Positions 1 through 8,544 of a stretch of DNA of 26,390 bases are shown one piece after another. Below the pieces are notes generated by a model. The model made no database searches, was not told the origin of the DNA, and saw only the letters and a list, made by a program, of their open reading frames with translations. The DNA lies in the IMG/VR virus record IMGVR_UViG_3300046513_000108, positions 1 through 26,390 of that record. One strand, 5' to 3'. The DNA is from a virus (Duplodnaviria; Heunggongvirae; Uroviricota; Caudoviricetes). Both the position numbers and the translations under genes were made by a program. How positions within the stretch are numbered: the first letter of the stretch is position 1; each line of letters begins with the position of its first letter.

Positions 1-2
1 TT

Positions 3-998
3 TTGTATAAGCACTTTAACAAGCTTCAAAAGAAAGCTTTCATCGTTCCTGTGTATCATTTGTATAAATATGTCAATCTGTACAATGGATTCAAAAAAGG
101 TGCAAATATATCCACTATTGCGCAGTTGAATACTAGTAAAGATTTGTTGAATGAAGTGTATAATGACAAGCTGTACAACCTCCTCCCTGTTGTAAATGCT
201 CTTGGCAAGTCTCCCAAAGAGTTGAAAGACATTTACGGTAAGTCTTGGAAGAATGTCACAAAGAACAGTGTGACAAAGAATAAGCTGCTTGTTAATCATT
301 ACAGATATGGCAAGGATGAAAAACGAAAAGAACTTTTTGAAGCTGACATTCCTTCGACACTTCTGAAATACTCTAATGAGTTTCCTATTCAATCTCTTAT
401 TTATTTGAAAGAGCATTTCAAAGGACAGTGGAAAAACTATGATGAAATGAAAAAATGGGTAAACATCTTCACCGACAGTTCTAGGTTGGCTGAGAAGCTG
501 GACAAAAAGTTTAATCCTAAATGGAGTCCTCGTAGGATGAAGGAAGAACACGATAGGATGTCTAAAGAGCTTGCTGCTCGCAGGTATTCCCCCATCCCTT
601 TTGAATGGACTAAAGAGCTTCCTAGAGTGATTGAGCACGAAGGGTATGTTGCGACAATACTTGATTCTCGTTTCCTGATTGCTGAAGAGGGTAATCACAT
701 GGGGCATTGTGTTGCAGGATATGCCGACTGGAGTGCTAATGGAGATTATTTAGTTTACAGTGTCACGAAGGATGGGGAACGTTCTAGTACGATTGGACTA
801 AATATGAGGGCACACACTACTCGTTATTTAAATAATATTTCAAATACGATGCGTGAAGAATTAGCGGGTTGGTCTTTACAACAACACTACGGACGCTTCA
901 ACGCTTCTTTGAAAGTGGAAGCAGAGAAAGAAATTGGAAAGCTTGTTGTAGAAGCCCTCAATAATCGAATGAAAGAGAAACAAGAATGTACGCACTAA
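3..998 (+). CDS. PcfJ-like domain protein (probably 5'-truncated by the window edge)
   Basis: The C-terminal motif LIAEEGNHMGHCVAGY...YSV...RSSTIGL...QQHYGRFN matches the PcfJ pattern (L..EG..M.HCV..Y; Q..G..N). The frame is open from the window start. Confidence 0.7.
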   Translation: MYKHFNKLQKKAFIVPVYHLYKYVNLYNGFKKGANISTIAQLNTSKDLLNEVYNDKLYNLLPVVNALGKSPKELKDIYGKSWKNVTKNSVTKNKLLVNHYRYGKDEKRKELFEADIPSTLLKYSNEFPIQSLIYLKEHFKGQWKNYDEMKKWVNIFTDSSRLAEKLDKKFNPKWSPRRMKEEHDRMSKELAARRYSPIPFEWTKELPRVIEHEGYVATILDSRFLIAEEGNHMGHCVAGYADWSANGDYLVYSVTKDGERSSTIGLNMRAHTTRYLNNISNTMREELAGWSLQQHYGRFNASLKVEAEKEIGKLVVEALNNRMKEKQECTH

Positions 999-1144
999 TC
1001 TCCCTACTCTGTCTCATCCTAGTGGCATGTGGACTTGGCACCTACCATCTTTCCCGTCTAGAAGGATGGCGAGAGCCATCCACCTTGCACTTTTCAATCT
1101 TCTGTGTTATAATCTTACTTTATATAGGGAGTTTGCTGCTATGA
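986..1144 (+). CDS. small 2-TM membrane protein (52 aa, not in ORF track)
   Basis: Hand translation gives MYALISLLCLILVACGLGTYHLSRLEGWREPSTLHFSIFCVIILLYIGSLLL. It overlaps the end of the PcfJ gene, and its TGA overlaps the next ATG (ATGA at 1141-1144). Confidence 0.6.
   Translation: MYALISLLCLILVACGLGTYHLSRLEGWREPSTLHFSIFCVIILLYIGSLLL
1085..1113 (+). promoter_or_regulatory. putative sigma70 promoter with extended -10
   Basis: TTGCAC (1085-1090), 17-nt spacer, TGn-TATAAT (1108-1113). It lies inside the 986-1144 ORF, so it could be coincidental. Confidence 0.45.
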
Positions 1145-1314
1145 CAGGCTTTAGTGTTATTTGTTGTATGTTCATCATATTGGCTGGAGTGGCATTTATT
1201 GCTGACATCTTTGACTGTTCTGAAGGAGACAATGTGAAAGCTGTAAAATACTCTGTGGGGATTCTCGCCACTGTTGCCCTTTGTGTTGCTGTCATCTTGG
1301 GTTATTTTCCTTAG
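1141..1314 (+). CDS. small 2-TM membrane protein (57 aa)
   Basis: The start was moved from 1027 to ATG 1141 (GGGAG upstream, ATGA coupling). It has two hydrophobic segments, FSVICCMFIILAGVAFIA and YSVGILATVALCVAVILGYF. Confidence 0.65.
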   Translation: MTGFSVICCMFIILAGVAFIADIFDCSEGDNVKAVKYSVGILATVALCVAVILGYFP

Positions 1315-1323
1315 GAGTGTAAA

Positions 1324-1515
1324 ATGTATGCATATATTCTTGTGGCATTTCTTCAAACAAACCCTTATCCTGTTGTAGCCTTCCTCGATCAATTCACAAC
1401 AAAGAAAGAGTGTATGGCTGCTGTAGAGGAGTTTAAGCCCAATGTGCCGAAAGAGAAACAAGATGATTTGATGTGTATTCAAATTGTGTTGCAGGACAAG
1501 GTGAGGGATATTTAA
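1324..1515 (+). CDS. hypothetical protein
   Basis: AGGAG SD upstream; part of a tightly packed + strand operon. Confidence 0.65.
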   Translation: MYAYILVAFLQTNPYPVVAFLDQFTTKKECMAAVEEFKPNVPKEKQDDLMCIQIVLQDKVRDI

Positions 1516-1716
1516 GTGGTAACAATTAGAGATAAAATTGAAACATCTCTTGTGCAATATTTAGAAAAGCCTTACAGAACATGGCCGAGCAAAGTGTATT
1601 TAGGCGAGGAAGAGTGTTTGGAATTGGATAAGTTTTACGGTGGAATAATGCAAGAGATATTTCACATTGAAATTATTATGGTGTTGAAGAGAAACTATTT
1701 GGAAATGGGAGATTAA
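1516..1716 (+). CDS. hypothetical protein
   Basis: GTG start directly after the previous stop; GAGGG upstream. Confidence 0.55.
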   Translation: MVTIRDKIETSLVQYLEKPYRTWPSKVYLGEEECLELDKFYGGIMQEIFHIEIIMVLKRNYLEMGD

Positions 1717-1974
1717 ATGAACAAACAACAAATTATTAGTGCTGTACAATCGATGATTGACCAAGGCCGACAGGTCATCAGTGTTCGACATGAAATTGTG
1801 GCAGAATTTAAACGAATTAAAAAGGAAGCAGATGAATGTGGTGCTCTGGAAGCGGAGTATATCTATCACAATCTGAAAGAAAAAGAACGGGAAGCTCTGC
1901 GGACAGCCGTGCGTAATCAGAAAGCTCTGAAGATTATTCTGAAGGAATTGCAAAATTCCGATGTGAGTTTCTGA
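1717..1974 (+). CDS. hypothetical protein (helical/coiled-coil)
   Basis: GGGAG SD; abuts both neighbours. Confidence 0.65.
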   Translation: MNKQQIISAVQSMIDQGRQVISVRHEIVAEFKRIKKEADECGALEAEYIYHNLKEKEREALRTAVRNQKALKIILKELQNSDVSF

Positions 1975-2387
1975 TGAGTAGAGATGGTGATATTGTCTGG
2001 TCAACAGACGGAGAATCTTACAATCACGATACAATGTATGAGGCTCTGGAAGCACAATTTTCATACATTAATGGTGAATATATTCCTGCACAAGTAGGTG
2101 ATACGCTGTATTATGGCACTGCTGTAGCTCTTGACGTAACAAAGCTTGTTGATTCAGGAGACATCATTGAAATGCTCGGTGAGCGTGCTTGGGACTTTGC
2201 GGGGGAATGGGCAGAAGATTTCCCAGATGTTTCTAAAGAAGAACGTAATGAGTTGGATGATTTTCTCAAGAGTTGGTTTGAAAAATATTGCAAACCTACA
2301 TTCTACAGTGTGAAAGATATCAAAGAATACACCATTACTGAGGAAGATATTCGGGAGTTGAACGATGAAAATATTCTTCAAGAGTAA
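1974..2387 (+). CDS. acidic hypothetical phage protein
   Basis: TGATG coupling to the previous gene; 137-aa ORF in operon orientation. Confidence 0.7.
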   Translation: MSRDGDIVWSTDGESYNHDTMYEALEAQFSYINGEYIPAQVGDTLYYGTAVALDVTKLVDSGDIIEMLGERAWDFAGEWAEDFPDVSKEERNELDDFLKSWFEKYCKPTFYSVKDIKEYTITEEDIRELNDENILQE

Positions 2388-2766
2388 AGACGGTGGCTCT
2401 GAGTCTAACGTCACAGGATGGTGGCTCATTGAGGCTAAATCTCTGTTCTCTATTGTGTTGCTGCGATTTGATAAGGGGAGCAGAGAAGCTTTTCACAATC
2501 ATGCGTTTAATGCTGTGTCATGGGTGTTGAGTGGTGGTTTGGTAGAAGTAGTCAAAGATGATATGAATTATGATGTAACAACTTTTAAACCTTCTTTGAA
2601 GCCTGTCTACACCACTCGTGAGCGTATGCACAAAGTGTTTGGTGTAGCGGAGAAAACATGGGTGTTAAGCTTCCGTGGCAGATGGAGCAAGACATGGAAA
2701 GAGTATTTGCCAAACGAAGAGAAAGAAATTACACTGTCGAGTGGAAGGGTTATAATTAATGATTAA
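2365..2766 (+). CDS. cupin-fold (RmlC-like) protein
   Basis: FHNHAFNAVSWVLSGGLVE (HxH...E) plus a later RMHKV His form a cupin metal-binding signature. Confidence 0.55.
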   Translation: MKIFFKSKDGGSESNVTGWWLIEAKSLFSIVLLRFDKGSREAFHNHAFNAVSWVLSGGLVEVVKDDMNYDVTTFKPSLKPVYTTRERMHKVFGVAEKTWVLSFRGRWSKTWKEYLPNEEKEITLSSGRVIIND

Positions 2767-2938
2767 ATCAATTTGGAGCACTCCAGAAGCGGAAGCTTGG
2801 GCGAGGAACTTCCGATATGAGGATTATTTGAGGATTCATGAAACTATGTGTCTAAGTGCTAACCCTGTGAGTGAGCAGATGTACAGGGAATTGTGCTTTG
2901 TGTTTGAACAAGAGATGTGCAGAGATATTGGGGGATAG
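2759..2938 (+). CDS. hypothetical protein (59 aa, not in ORF track)
   Basis: ATG 2759 overlaps the cupin gene end. It reads MIKSIWSTPEAEAWARNFRYEDYLRIHETMCLS... to TAG 2936-2938 and fills the gap before ATG 2941. Confidence 0.55.
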   Translation: MIKSIWSTPEAEAWARNFRYEDYLRIHETMCLSANPVSEQMYRELCFVFEQEMCRDIGG

Positions 2939-2940
2939 TA

Positions 2941-3990
2941 ATGGGAGGCGCAGCACTCAAGAATTGCACAACACGACGATATCAGGCAGAAGAATACCAT
3001 CAGCTTGAGCAGGAAGTGCTTGATATCATCTCAAACAATTTTCCTTTTGATTCTGTATCCACTATCAAAGCATATACCTTGAAAGAGTCATTTGGTGACA
3101 TGGATGTTCTGGCTTGCACTGATAAATATGACCCTTGCAACATTGAGGACAAACTAATCCGATTGTTCAACACAAAGGAAGTTGTCAAAAACGGTAACGT
3201 TGTTTCTTTTGAATACAAACAATTTCAAATTGATCTAATTTTAACTAGGCCAGCGGATTATGTGAGTTCTCAGCAGTATTTTGCCTACAATGACTTGGGC
3301 AACCTCATTGGTCGTGTAGCTCACTCCATGGGACTCAAGTTAGGGCATGACGGCCTGACATACAAATTCTATGCAGACAAGACACAAGTGTTCCGTGAAA
3401 TCACTCTGTTGAAAGATTGGGAGCAGATTCTTCCTGTGCTTGGCTATTCTTGGGAACGTTATCAACAAGGCTTTGATACACTGGAAGATATTTTCAAGTT
3501 TGTTGTTTCAAGCCCGTTCTTCAACAAGAGCATTTATGCTCTGGAGAATCGTAATCATGCTGCTAGGACGAGAGACGCAAAGCGGCTCACTTATACGAGT
3601 TTCTTGGAGTGGCTGGAGAATTACAATGAAACTGAGGTTCAAAAATTCCACAGAGAGTGGTTTGTAAAGAACGACTGTGATAAAATCGTATGGACAGATT
3701 ACTTGTTCGGTATGATTCCTAACTTCTACCCTCAATATGAGCAAGCTGAAAAAGACTTAGCTTTTCATCAGGAGTTCAAAAGGCGTTATAATGGAGAACT
3801 TGTAGCAGGTTGGACAGGTTTACAAGGCAAGGAGCTTGGTGCATTTATGTCTTACGTAAAGCAGGAGAAAACTGAGGAACGTCTTAAGAAAGATATTGTC
3901 ACACTCAATCCTGTGTTAGTGGAAAGGATGGTGAAATATTACTTTGAAAAGTGGAAAGAAACTATCGGAGGGCTGATTGGCAGAATATAA
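2941..3990 (+). CDS. Pol-beta superfamily nucleotidyltransferase (PolX-like)
   Basis: Motifs ESFGDMDVL (G-DxD) and FQIDLIL supply the third Asp, and MGLKLGHDGL resembles the PolX thumb. The start was set at ATG 2941 (MGGAALK) after GGGGA. Confidence 0.7.
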   Translation: MGGAALKNCTTRRYQAEEYHQLEQEVLDIISNNFPFDSVSTIKAYTLKESFGDMDVLACTDKYDPCNIEDKLIRLFNTKEVVKNGNVVSFEYKQFQIDLILTRPADYVSSQQYFAYNDLGNLIGRVAHSMGLKLGHDGLTYKFYADKTQVFREITLLKDWEQILPVLGYSWERYQQGFDTLEDIFKFVVSSPFFNKSIYALENRNHAARTRDAKRLTYTSFLEWLENYNETEVQKFHREWFVKNDCDKIVWTDYLFGMIPNFYPQYEQAEKDLAFHQEFKRRYNGELVAGWTGLQGKELGAFMSYVKQEKTEERLKKDIVTLNPVLVERMVKYYFEKWKETIGGLIGRI

Positions 3991-5713
3991 AAGTGCTTGT
4001 CCTAGATGTGTTAAAAACGGCAGGGATAATTCCGGTGATAACTTAGTTAATTATGGCGAAGGTAACGGTAGCTATTGTTGGAGTTGTGGGTATACCCTCC
4101 TCTCAGATGCTCGTAAAGAAGAATTGGGGATTGATAATGATGAAGAAGAACAGGAGGAAGTGTTGACGAAAGAAAAAATTACTGCTGAAGAGAATGAGAA
4201 GCTAAAAGGGTATACTTCAACTAGGTGTGGAGGTTGGAGAGGTATTAAAGATGAAACAAACACTGCCTACGGTGTTCGATATGAAGCAAGTACCTCCACA
4301 GGGGAAATTGTAAAGCAATACGTACCAACTACCATCAATGGCGAGCTATCTGGTTATAAAGTTCGCACTCTTCCAAAGTCCTTCGATACTCCAATTGGCA
4401 TCACAGGTAAAGATTGCGACCTCATTGGGCAATTTCGTTACAAGAATGGTGGCAAAACCTTGCTCATTGTTGGTGGTGAAGTGGATATGCTGAGTGCAGA
4501 GCAAATGTTGAGAGAGAGTCAAGTGTCACGAGGTTATGGAGACTACGAGACATTTGCCGTTGTTAGCCCGTCTGTTGGTGAGTCCGGTGCACACAAACAA
4601 ATCCAGAACCAATATGAGTGGCTGACAAAGTGGGACAAGATTATTGTGGGGTTAGACTCAGACGAAGCGGGTAAAGAGGCTACGGAGAGGATTATGAAGG
4701 TGCTCCCCCGTGGCAAGGGTTTTATTGCAGAATGGAGTATGAAAGACCCCAATGACATGCTTCAGAAAGGAAAGGCCAAAAAATTTGTTGACGAAGTTTG
4801 GAAGGCGAAGCCTTGGACTCCTTCAGGTATTGTGAGTAGTGATACAATTTATGATGAGATTGTTGAAAGAAGCAAGCAAGAAAAACTCCCATTTCCCCCT
4901 ATGTTGAACAAATTAAACCGCATGCTGGCTGGAGGAATCAACTATGGATATATTGTAAATATTCTTGCTGGCTCTGGTAGCGGCAAAAGCTCTTTAGTGA
5001 ATCAATGTGTAGCTTATTGGATGGAAGAGTGTGATGAACCTGTTCTTGTGGCTTCTTTAGAAGCTGAAGCTGCGGAATTTGGAGAAAATCTTCTGAGTTA
5101 CCGAATGGGGAAAAAGATATCCATGATGCAGGATCAAGAAGAGAAAATTGCTTTTGTGGGTAGTAAAGAGGCTGAAGAAGTGGCAAAGAATCTTTTCACA
5201 CGACCTGACGGCAAACCTAGAATTTATTTACTAGACGACAGGGGGGACTACAGTAAATTACAAGAAAAAATTGAAGAGGTTGTTGTTTCTTGTGGTGTAC
5301 GTATTTGTGTAATTGATGTTATCTCAGATGTTTTTGCTGGTATGTCCATTGAGCAGATTGATTTGTGGATGGCATGGGAAAAGAAATTAGTTAAGCAATA
5401 CAACTGCATTTTGATTCAAGTGGCTCACACTAGGAAAAGTGGCAGTGGCGAAAAGTCAGCAAGCCAAGGTAAATTCTTGACTGAAGAGTCTATTATTGGG
5501 TCTGGTACACAATACCGCAGTGCAGGTATTAACATCGCCCTACAAAGGGATAAGACAGCAGAGGATATCATGGTGAGGAATACTACCATTGTTCACTTGC
5601 TCAAGTCCCGTGCAACCGGCGTTACTGGTGTTGCTTGTGAGTTGTTCTACGATGGGGAGAGTCACGTACTCTATGATAAAGAAGATTGGCTCTTGTCCAA
5701 TCCTATGATATAA
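3977..5713 (+). CDS. DNA primase-helicase (T7 gp4-like)
   Basis: N-terminal Zn finger CPRC...CWSC; TOPRIM motifs GGEVDML and DSDEAG, KDPNDML; Walker A AGSGSGKS; Walker B CVIDVI; DnaB-like QVAHTRK and LKSRATG. TTG start with GGAGG SD. Confidence 0.95.
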   Translation: MAEYKSACPRCVKNGRDNSGDNLVNYGEGNGSYCWSCGYTLLSDARKEELGIDNDEEEQEEVLTKEKITAEENEKLKGYTSTRCGGWRGIKDETNTAYGVRYEASTSTGEIVKQYVPTTINGELSGYKVRTLPKSFDTPIGITGKDCDLIGQFRYKNGGKTLLIVGGEVDMLSAEQMLRESQVSRGYGDYETFAVVSPSVGESGAHKQIQNQYEWLTKWDKIIVGLDSDEAGKEATERIMKVLPRGKGFIAEWSMKDPNDMLQKGKAKKFVDEVWKAKPWTPSGIVSSDTIYDEIVERSKQEKLPFPPMLNKLNRMLAGGINYGYIVNILAGSGSGKSSLVNQCVAYWMEECDEPVLVASLEAEAAEFGENLLSYRMGKKISMMQDQEEKIAFVGSKEAEEVAKNLFTRPDGKPRIYLLDDRGDYSKLQEKIEEVVVSCGVRICVIDVISDVFAGMSIEQIDLWMAWEKKLVKQYNCILIQVAHTRKSGSGEKSASQGKFLTEESIIGSGTQYRSAGINIALQRDKTAEDIMVRNTTIVHLLKSRATGVTGVACELFYDGESHVLYDKEDWLLSNPMI

Positions 5714-5904
5714 TGAGAAAACCTGCTAAACCAATTACAGAAGAACATCTTTCTTATTTTGTGTATGATGAGTCCTCTCCTAGTTGTTTGCGGTGGAAAG
5801 ACACAAGATATGCAACTTTTAAGCTTGCTTGCGAATTCAGGAATAAGAAACTGGAAGAGTTAATTGCGGAAGGTGTTTCATACACTGAACGTCATGGATT
5901 ATAA
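5713..5904 (+). pseudogene. internally deleted HNH-AP2 homing endonuclease remnant (63 aa)
   Basis: An N-terminus typical of phage HNH endonucleases (YFVYDESSPSCLRWK) is joined directly to an AP2-type C-terminus (FKLACEFRNKKLEEL...YTERHG). No HNH core lies between them. TAATG-coupled to the primase. Confidence 0.6.
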
Positions 5905-5912
5905 GGAAACTA

Positions 5913-7844
5913 ATGGGTATTTTTGCTGCTGATATTGAAACGAGTGGGTTGATTGATGATATGATGCGGCAGGAAAACCCTAGACTGCACAACCTCGGCC
6001 TGATTGCTGTAGATACAGAGAAAGAAAAACTCTTTGAAGGTATCCAGAAGAAGGAGATTCAAGAGTTTTTCAACACTGGGCCTACACTCATTATGCACAA
6101 TGGCAAGCTGTTTGATGCGGAAGCTCTTGCCTTTCTAGGATATGATGTAAGTAAGGTGAAGGTGATTGACACTCTCCCCCTTAGCTGGTATTTAGAGCCA
6201 CAACGTTTGAAGCATGGCCTAGCTGAGTGGGGAGAGTTTTTTGGAGTACCTAAGCCAGTTATTGAGGATTGGGAGAATCAAACCCAAGAGGAATACAACC
6301 ATCGTGTGATGGAAGACTGTAAGATTCAAGTGAAACTGTGGCACTATCTCGTAAAGAAATTGCAAGTGTTGTACGGGAAAGAAGAAGGCTCCTATGACAA
6401 GCTGATTGCCTACATGATGTGGAAGATGGATGAGCTTGTTATTCAACAGCGTAATCGCTGGAAGCTGGATGTTCCTGAGGCAGAGAAGCTACAAGCAAAA
6501 CTGGAAGAAGAAGTGGCAGAGAAAACTGTCAAGCTGATTGAAGTGATGCCGCAAGTGCCGGTATATGTTGTAAAGTCTCGCCCTGCAAAGCCATTCAAAA
6601 AGAATGGGGATTTGTCCTCGCACGGAGAGAAGTGGAAAGAATTGACAGAATCTTTAGGATTGCCTTTTGAGCACACTGAGGATATTAAAGTTGTTAAGGA
6701 AATGATTCAGGGCAATCCTGCTTCGCATGTGCAAATGAAAGCGTGGCTTGATTCTCTTGGTTGGGAACCTGAGACATTTAAGTTTGTAAAAGAGGATGAT
6801 GGCAGCATGAGACAAATCCCTCAGATTAATTTGAAGGGAGGGGAGATTTGCCAGAGTGTGAAGGATTTGATTCCTAAGTGTGCTGGTATTGAGCACATTG
6901 CAGGACTAGGTATTTTGAATCATCGTGTGAGCGTTGTTAAGGGGTTCCTGAGGGATGCTGTCAATGGGGAGCTTACGGCCCGTGCTAGCGGCTTTACAAA
7001 CACCCTGCGGCTTACACACAAAGAGTGTGTCAATCTGCCATCCCTTCGTGTAAAATACGGCAAGGAGCTTCGTGGATTGCTGATGGCAAGACCAAAGAAG
7101 GTTTTGTTAGGTTCCGATTTGTCCTCTTTGGAAGATAGACTTAAACACCATTTTCAATGGAAGCTAGACCCTGAATATGTTAAAACACAAATGTCCAAGG
7201 GGTTTGATCCCCACTTGACAATTGCAGTGATTGCAGGGTTGTTGTCTCAGGAGGATGCTGAGTGGTATGTCTGGTACAAGGGTCAAGAGGTACACAATGA
7301 TGTTGATGACACAAGATTTAAGAGGCTTGACGAAATTCGTGCAACAGGTAAATCTACCAACTATGCCTGTCAGTATGGCGCAGGGGTAAAGACTATTGCA
7401 CGTACAGCGAAAGTGAGTGAGAAGATTGCTAAAAAGCTTCATGCTGCATATCACAAGATGAATTGGTCTATTGCTAAAATCGCTTCGATGACTCTTGTAA
7501 AGAAAACTGATTTCGGAATGTGGCAGAAGAACCCTATCAATGGTATGTGGTATTCGCTGCGCGAAGAGAAGGATAGGTTCTCTACATTGATTCAAGGTAC
7601 TGGTGCTTACATTCTAGACATTTGGCTCTATCATGCCAAGAGGCTTGCAGAGAAACGTAATTTAGATTTTAACCTTCTGGGGCAATTCCATGATGAGAAG
7701 ATTCTTGAATTGGATGAAGACCAAAAGGATGCCTACCACAATCTTGTTGCTGATGCCATGCAAGCTGTAAACAATCAATTGAAACTTAACCGAGAGCTTG
7801 CTTGCGATATTAAATTTGGCAAGAAGTATTCGGATATTCACTAA
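5913..7844 (+). CDS. polA: family A DNA polymerase with 3'-5' exonuclease (T7 gp5-like)
   Basis: ExoI DIETSG, ExoII HNGKLFD, ExoIII YNHRVMEDC; motif A GSDLSSLEDR, motif B RATGKSTNYACQYGAG, motif C QFHDEK. AAGGA SD. Confidence 0.97.
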   Translation: MGIFAADIETSGLIDDMMRQENPRLHNLGLIAVDTEKEKLFEGIQKKEIQEFFNTGPTLIMHNGKLFDAEALAFLGYDVSKVKVIDTLPLSWYLEPQRLKHGLAEWGEFFGVPKPVIEDWENQTQEEYNHRVMEDCKIQVKLWHYLVKKLQVLYGKEEGSYDKLIAYMMWKMDELVIQQRNRWKLDVPEAEKLQAKLEEEVAEKTVKLIEVMPQVPVYVVKSRPAKPFKKNGDLSSHGEKWKELTESLGLPFEHTEDIKVVKEMIQGNPASHVQMKAWLDSLGWEPETFKFVKEDDGSMRQIPQINLKGGEICQSVKDLIPKCAGIEHIAGLGILNHRVSVVKGFLRDAVNGELTARASGFTNTLRLTHKECVNLPSLRVKYGKELRGLLMARPKKVLLGSDLSSLEDRLKHHFQWKLDPEYVKTQMSKGFDPHLTIAVIAGLLSQEDAEWYVWYKGQEVHNDVDDTRFKRLDEIRATGKSTNYACQYGAGVKTIARTAKVSEKIAKKLHAAYHKMNWSIAKIASMTLVKKTDFGMWQKNPINGMWYSLREEKDRFSTLIQGTGAYILDIWLYHAKRLAEKRNLDFNLLGQFHDEKILELDEDQKDAYHNLVADAMQAVNNQLKLNRELACDIKFGKKYSDIH

Positions 7845-7853
7845 GGAAACTAA

Positions 7854-8060
7854 ATGAACCAAAACTTATTTGCATACACCGAAACACCATATCTAACTTA
7901 CCCTGCATATATTTCTCTGAACAAACGAAACGGTAAGTATTATCTGTCTGTACGTTCTTCTGACACTTCTGAGACATCTGTTGTAGAGATTCCTTTCTTG
8001 GAACTGTTGAAGCTAGGTACAGCTTGTCGCCGGATTTCTTTTGAAAGTGACGAAGAATGA
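7854..8060 (+). CDS. hypothetical protein
   Basis: AAGGA SD; operon context. Confidence 0.65.
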   Translation: MNQNLFAYTETPYLTYPAYISLNKRNGKYYLSVRSSDTSETSVVEIPFLELLKLGTACRRISFESDEE

Positions 8061-8260
8061 AAGTAAAAGACCTGATTAAAGCATTGAAACAATGTGATCA
8101 AAACCTAGAAGTGTATGCCTTCACCGATCATGGACAGTGGATGGAGCGAGTAATGTCACCGTCTGTTGTTTACTTTGACCCGAGAGAAGCTGATACATAC
8201 TTTACCGATGAAGAAGAGGCACTTGAAAATGGATACAGACAAAAAGCAATTCTACTCTGA
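8057..8260 (+). CDS. hypothetical protein
   Basis: ATGA overlap. The N-terminus MKVKDLIKALKQCDQNLEVY is a common start among small phage proteins. Confidence 0.7.
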   Translation: MKVKDLIKALKQCDQNLEVYAFTDHGQWMERVMSPSVVYFDPREADTYFTDEEEALENGYRQKAILL

Positions 8261-8360
8261 CACAGACGACGACTATGTTTACACAGGGCATGGACGATTC
8301 CCCTTTCAGTACATCCCTCGTAAATTCTTAGAGGAACAAAATGACGAATCCTCCACATAA
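8229..8360 (+). CDS. possible small acidic protein (43 aa)
   Basis: In-frame ATG 8229 of the track ORF 8166-8360. It fills the 8260-8341 gap but overlaps both neighbours. Confidence 0.3.
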   Translation: MDTDKKQFYSDTDDDYVYTGHGRFPFQYIPRKFLEEQNDESST

Positions 8361-8544
8361 CCACACACTAACAGCCTTCGATCAAGCTCTACAACAGTAT
8401 GGTGTAGCTTGTTGGGCATACTACACAGCAGCAAGCGGAGGTAGTTTGTGCCATGCTCTTGAAGAATACAGAGAACAGATGTTGACAGAGCGTGAGAATC
8501 TGCTACAATACGTTATGGACAATTTCATTAGGAAACCACAATGA
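8341..8544 (+). CDS. hypothetical protein
   Basis: GAGGA SD; ATGA overlap with the phosphatase. Confidence 0.6.
   Translation: MTNPPHNHTLTAFDQALQQYGVACWAYYTAASGGSLCHALEEYREQMLTERENLLQYVMDNFIRKPQ

Noticed and set aside
1027-1140. 5' extension of ORF 1027-1314 in the track
   Set aside because: It overlaps a better-coupled ORF (986-1144). ATG 1141 has an SD and ATGA coupling.
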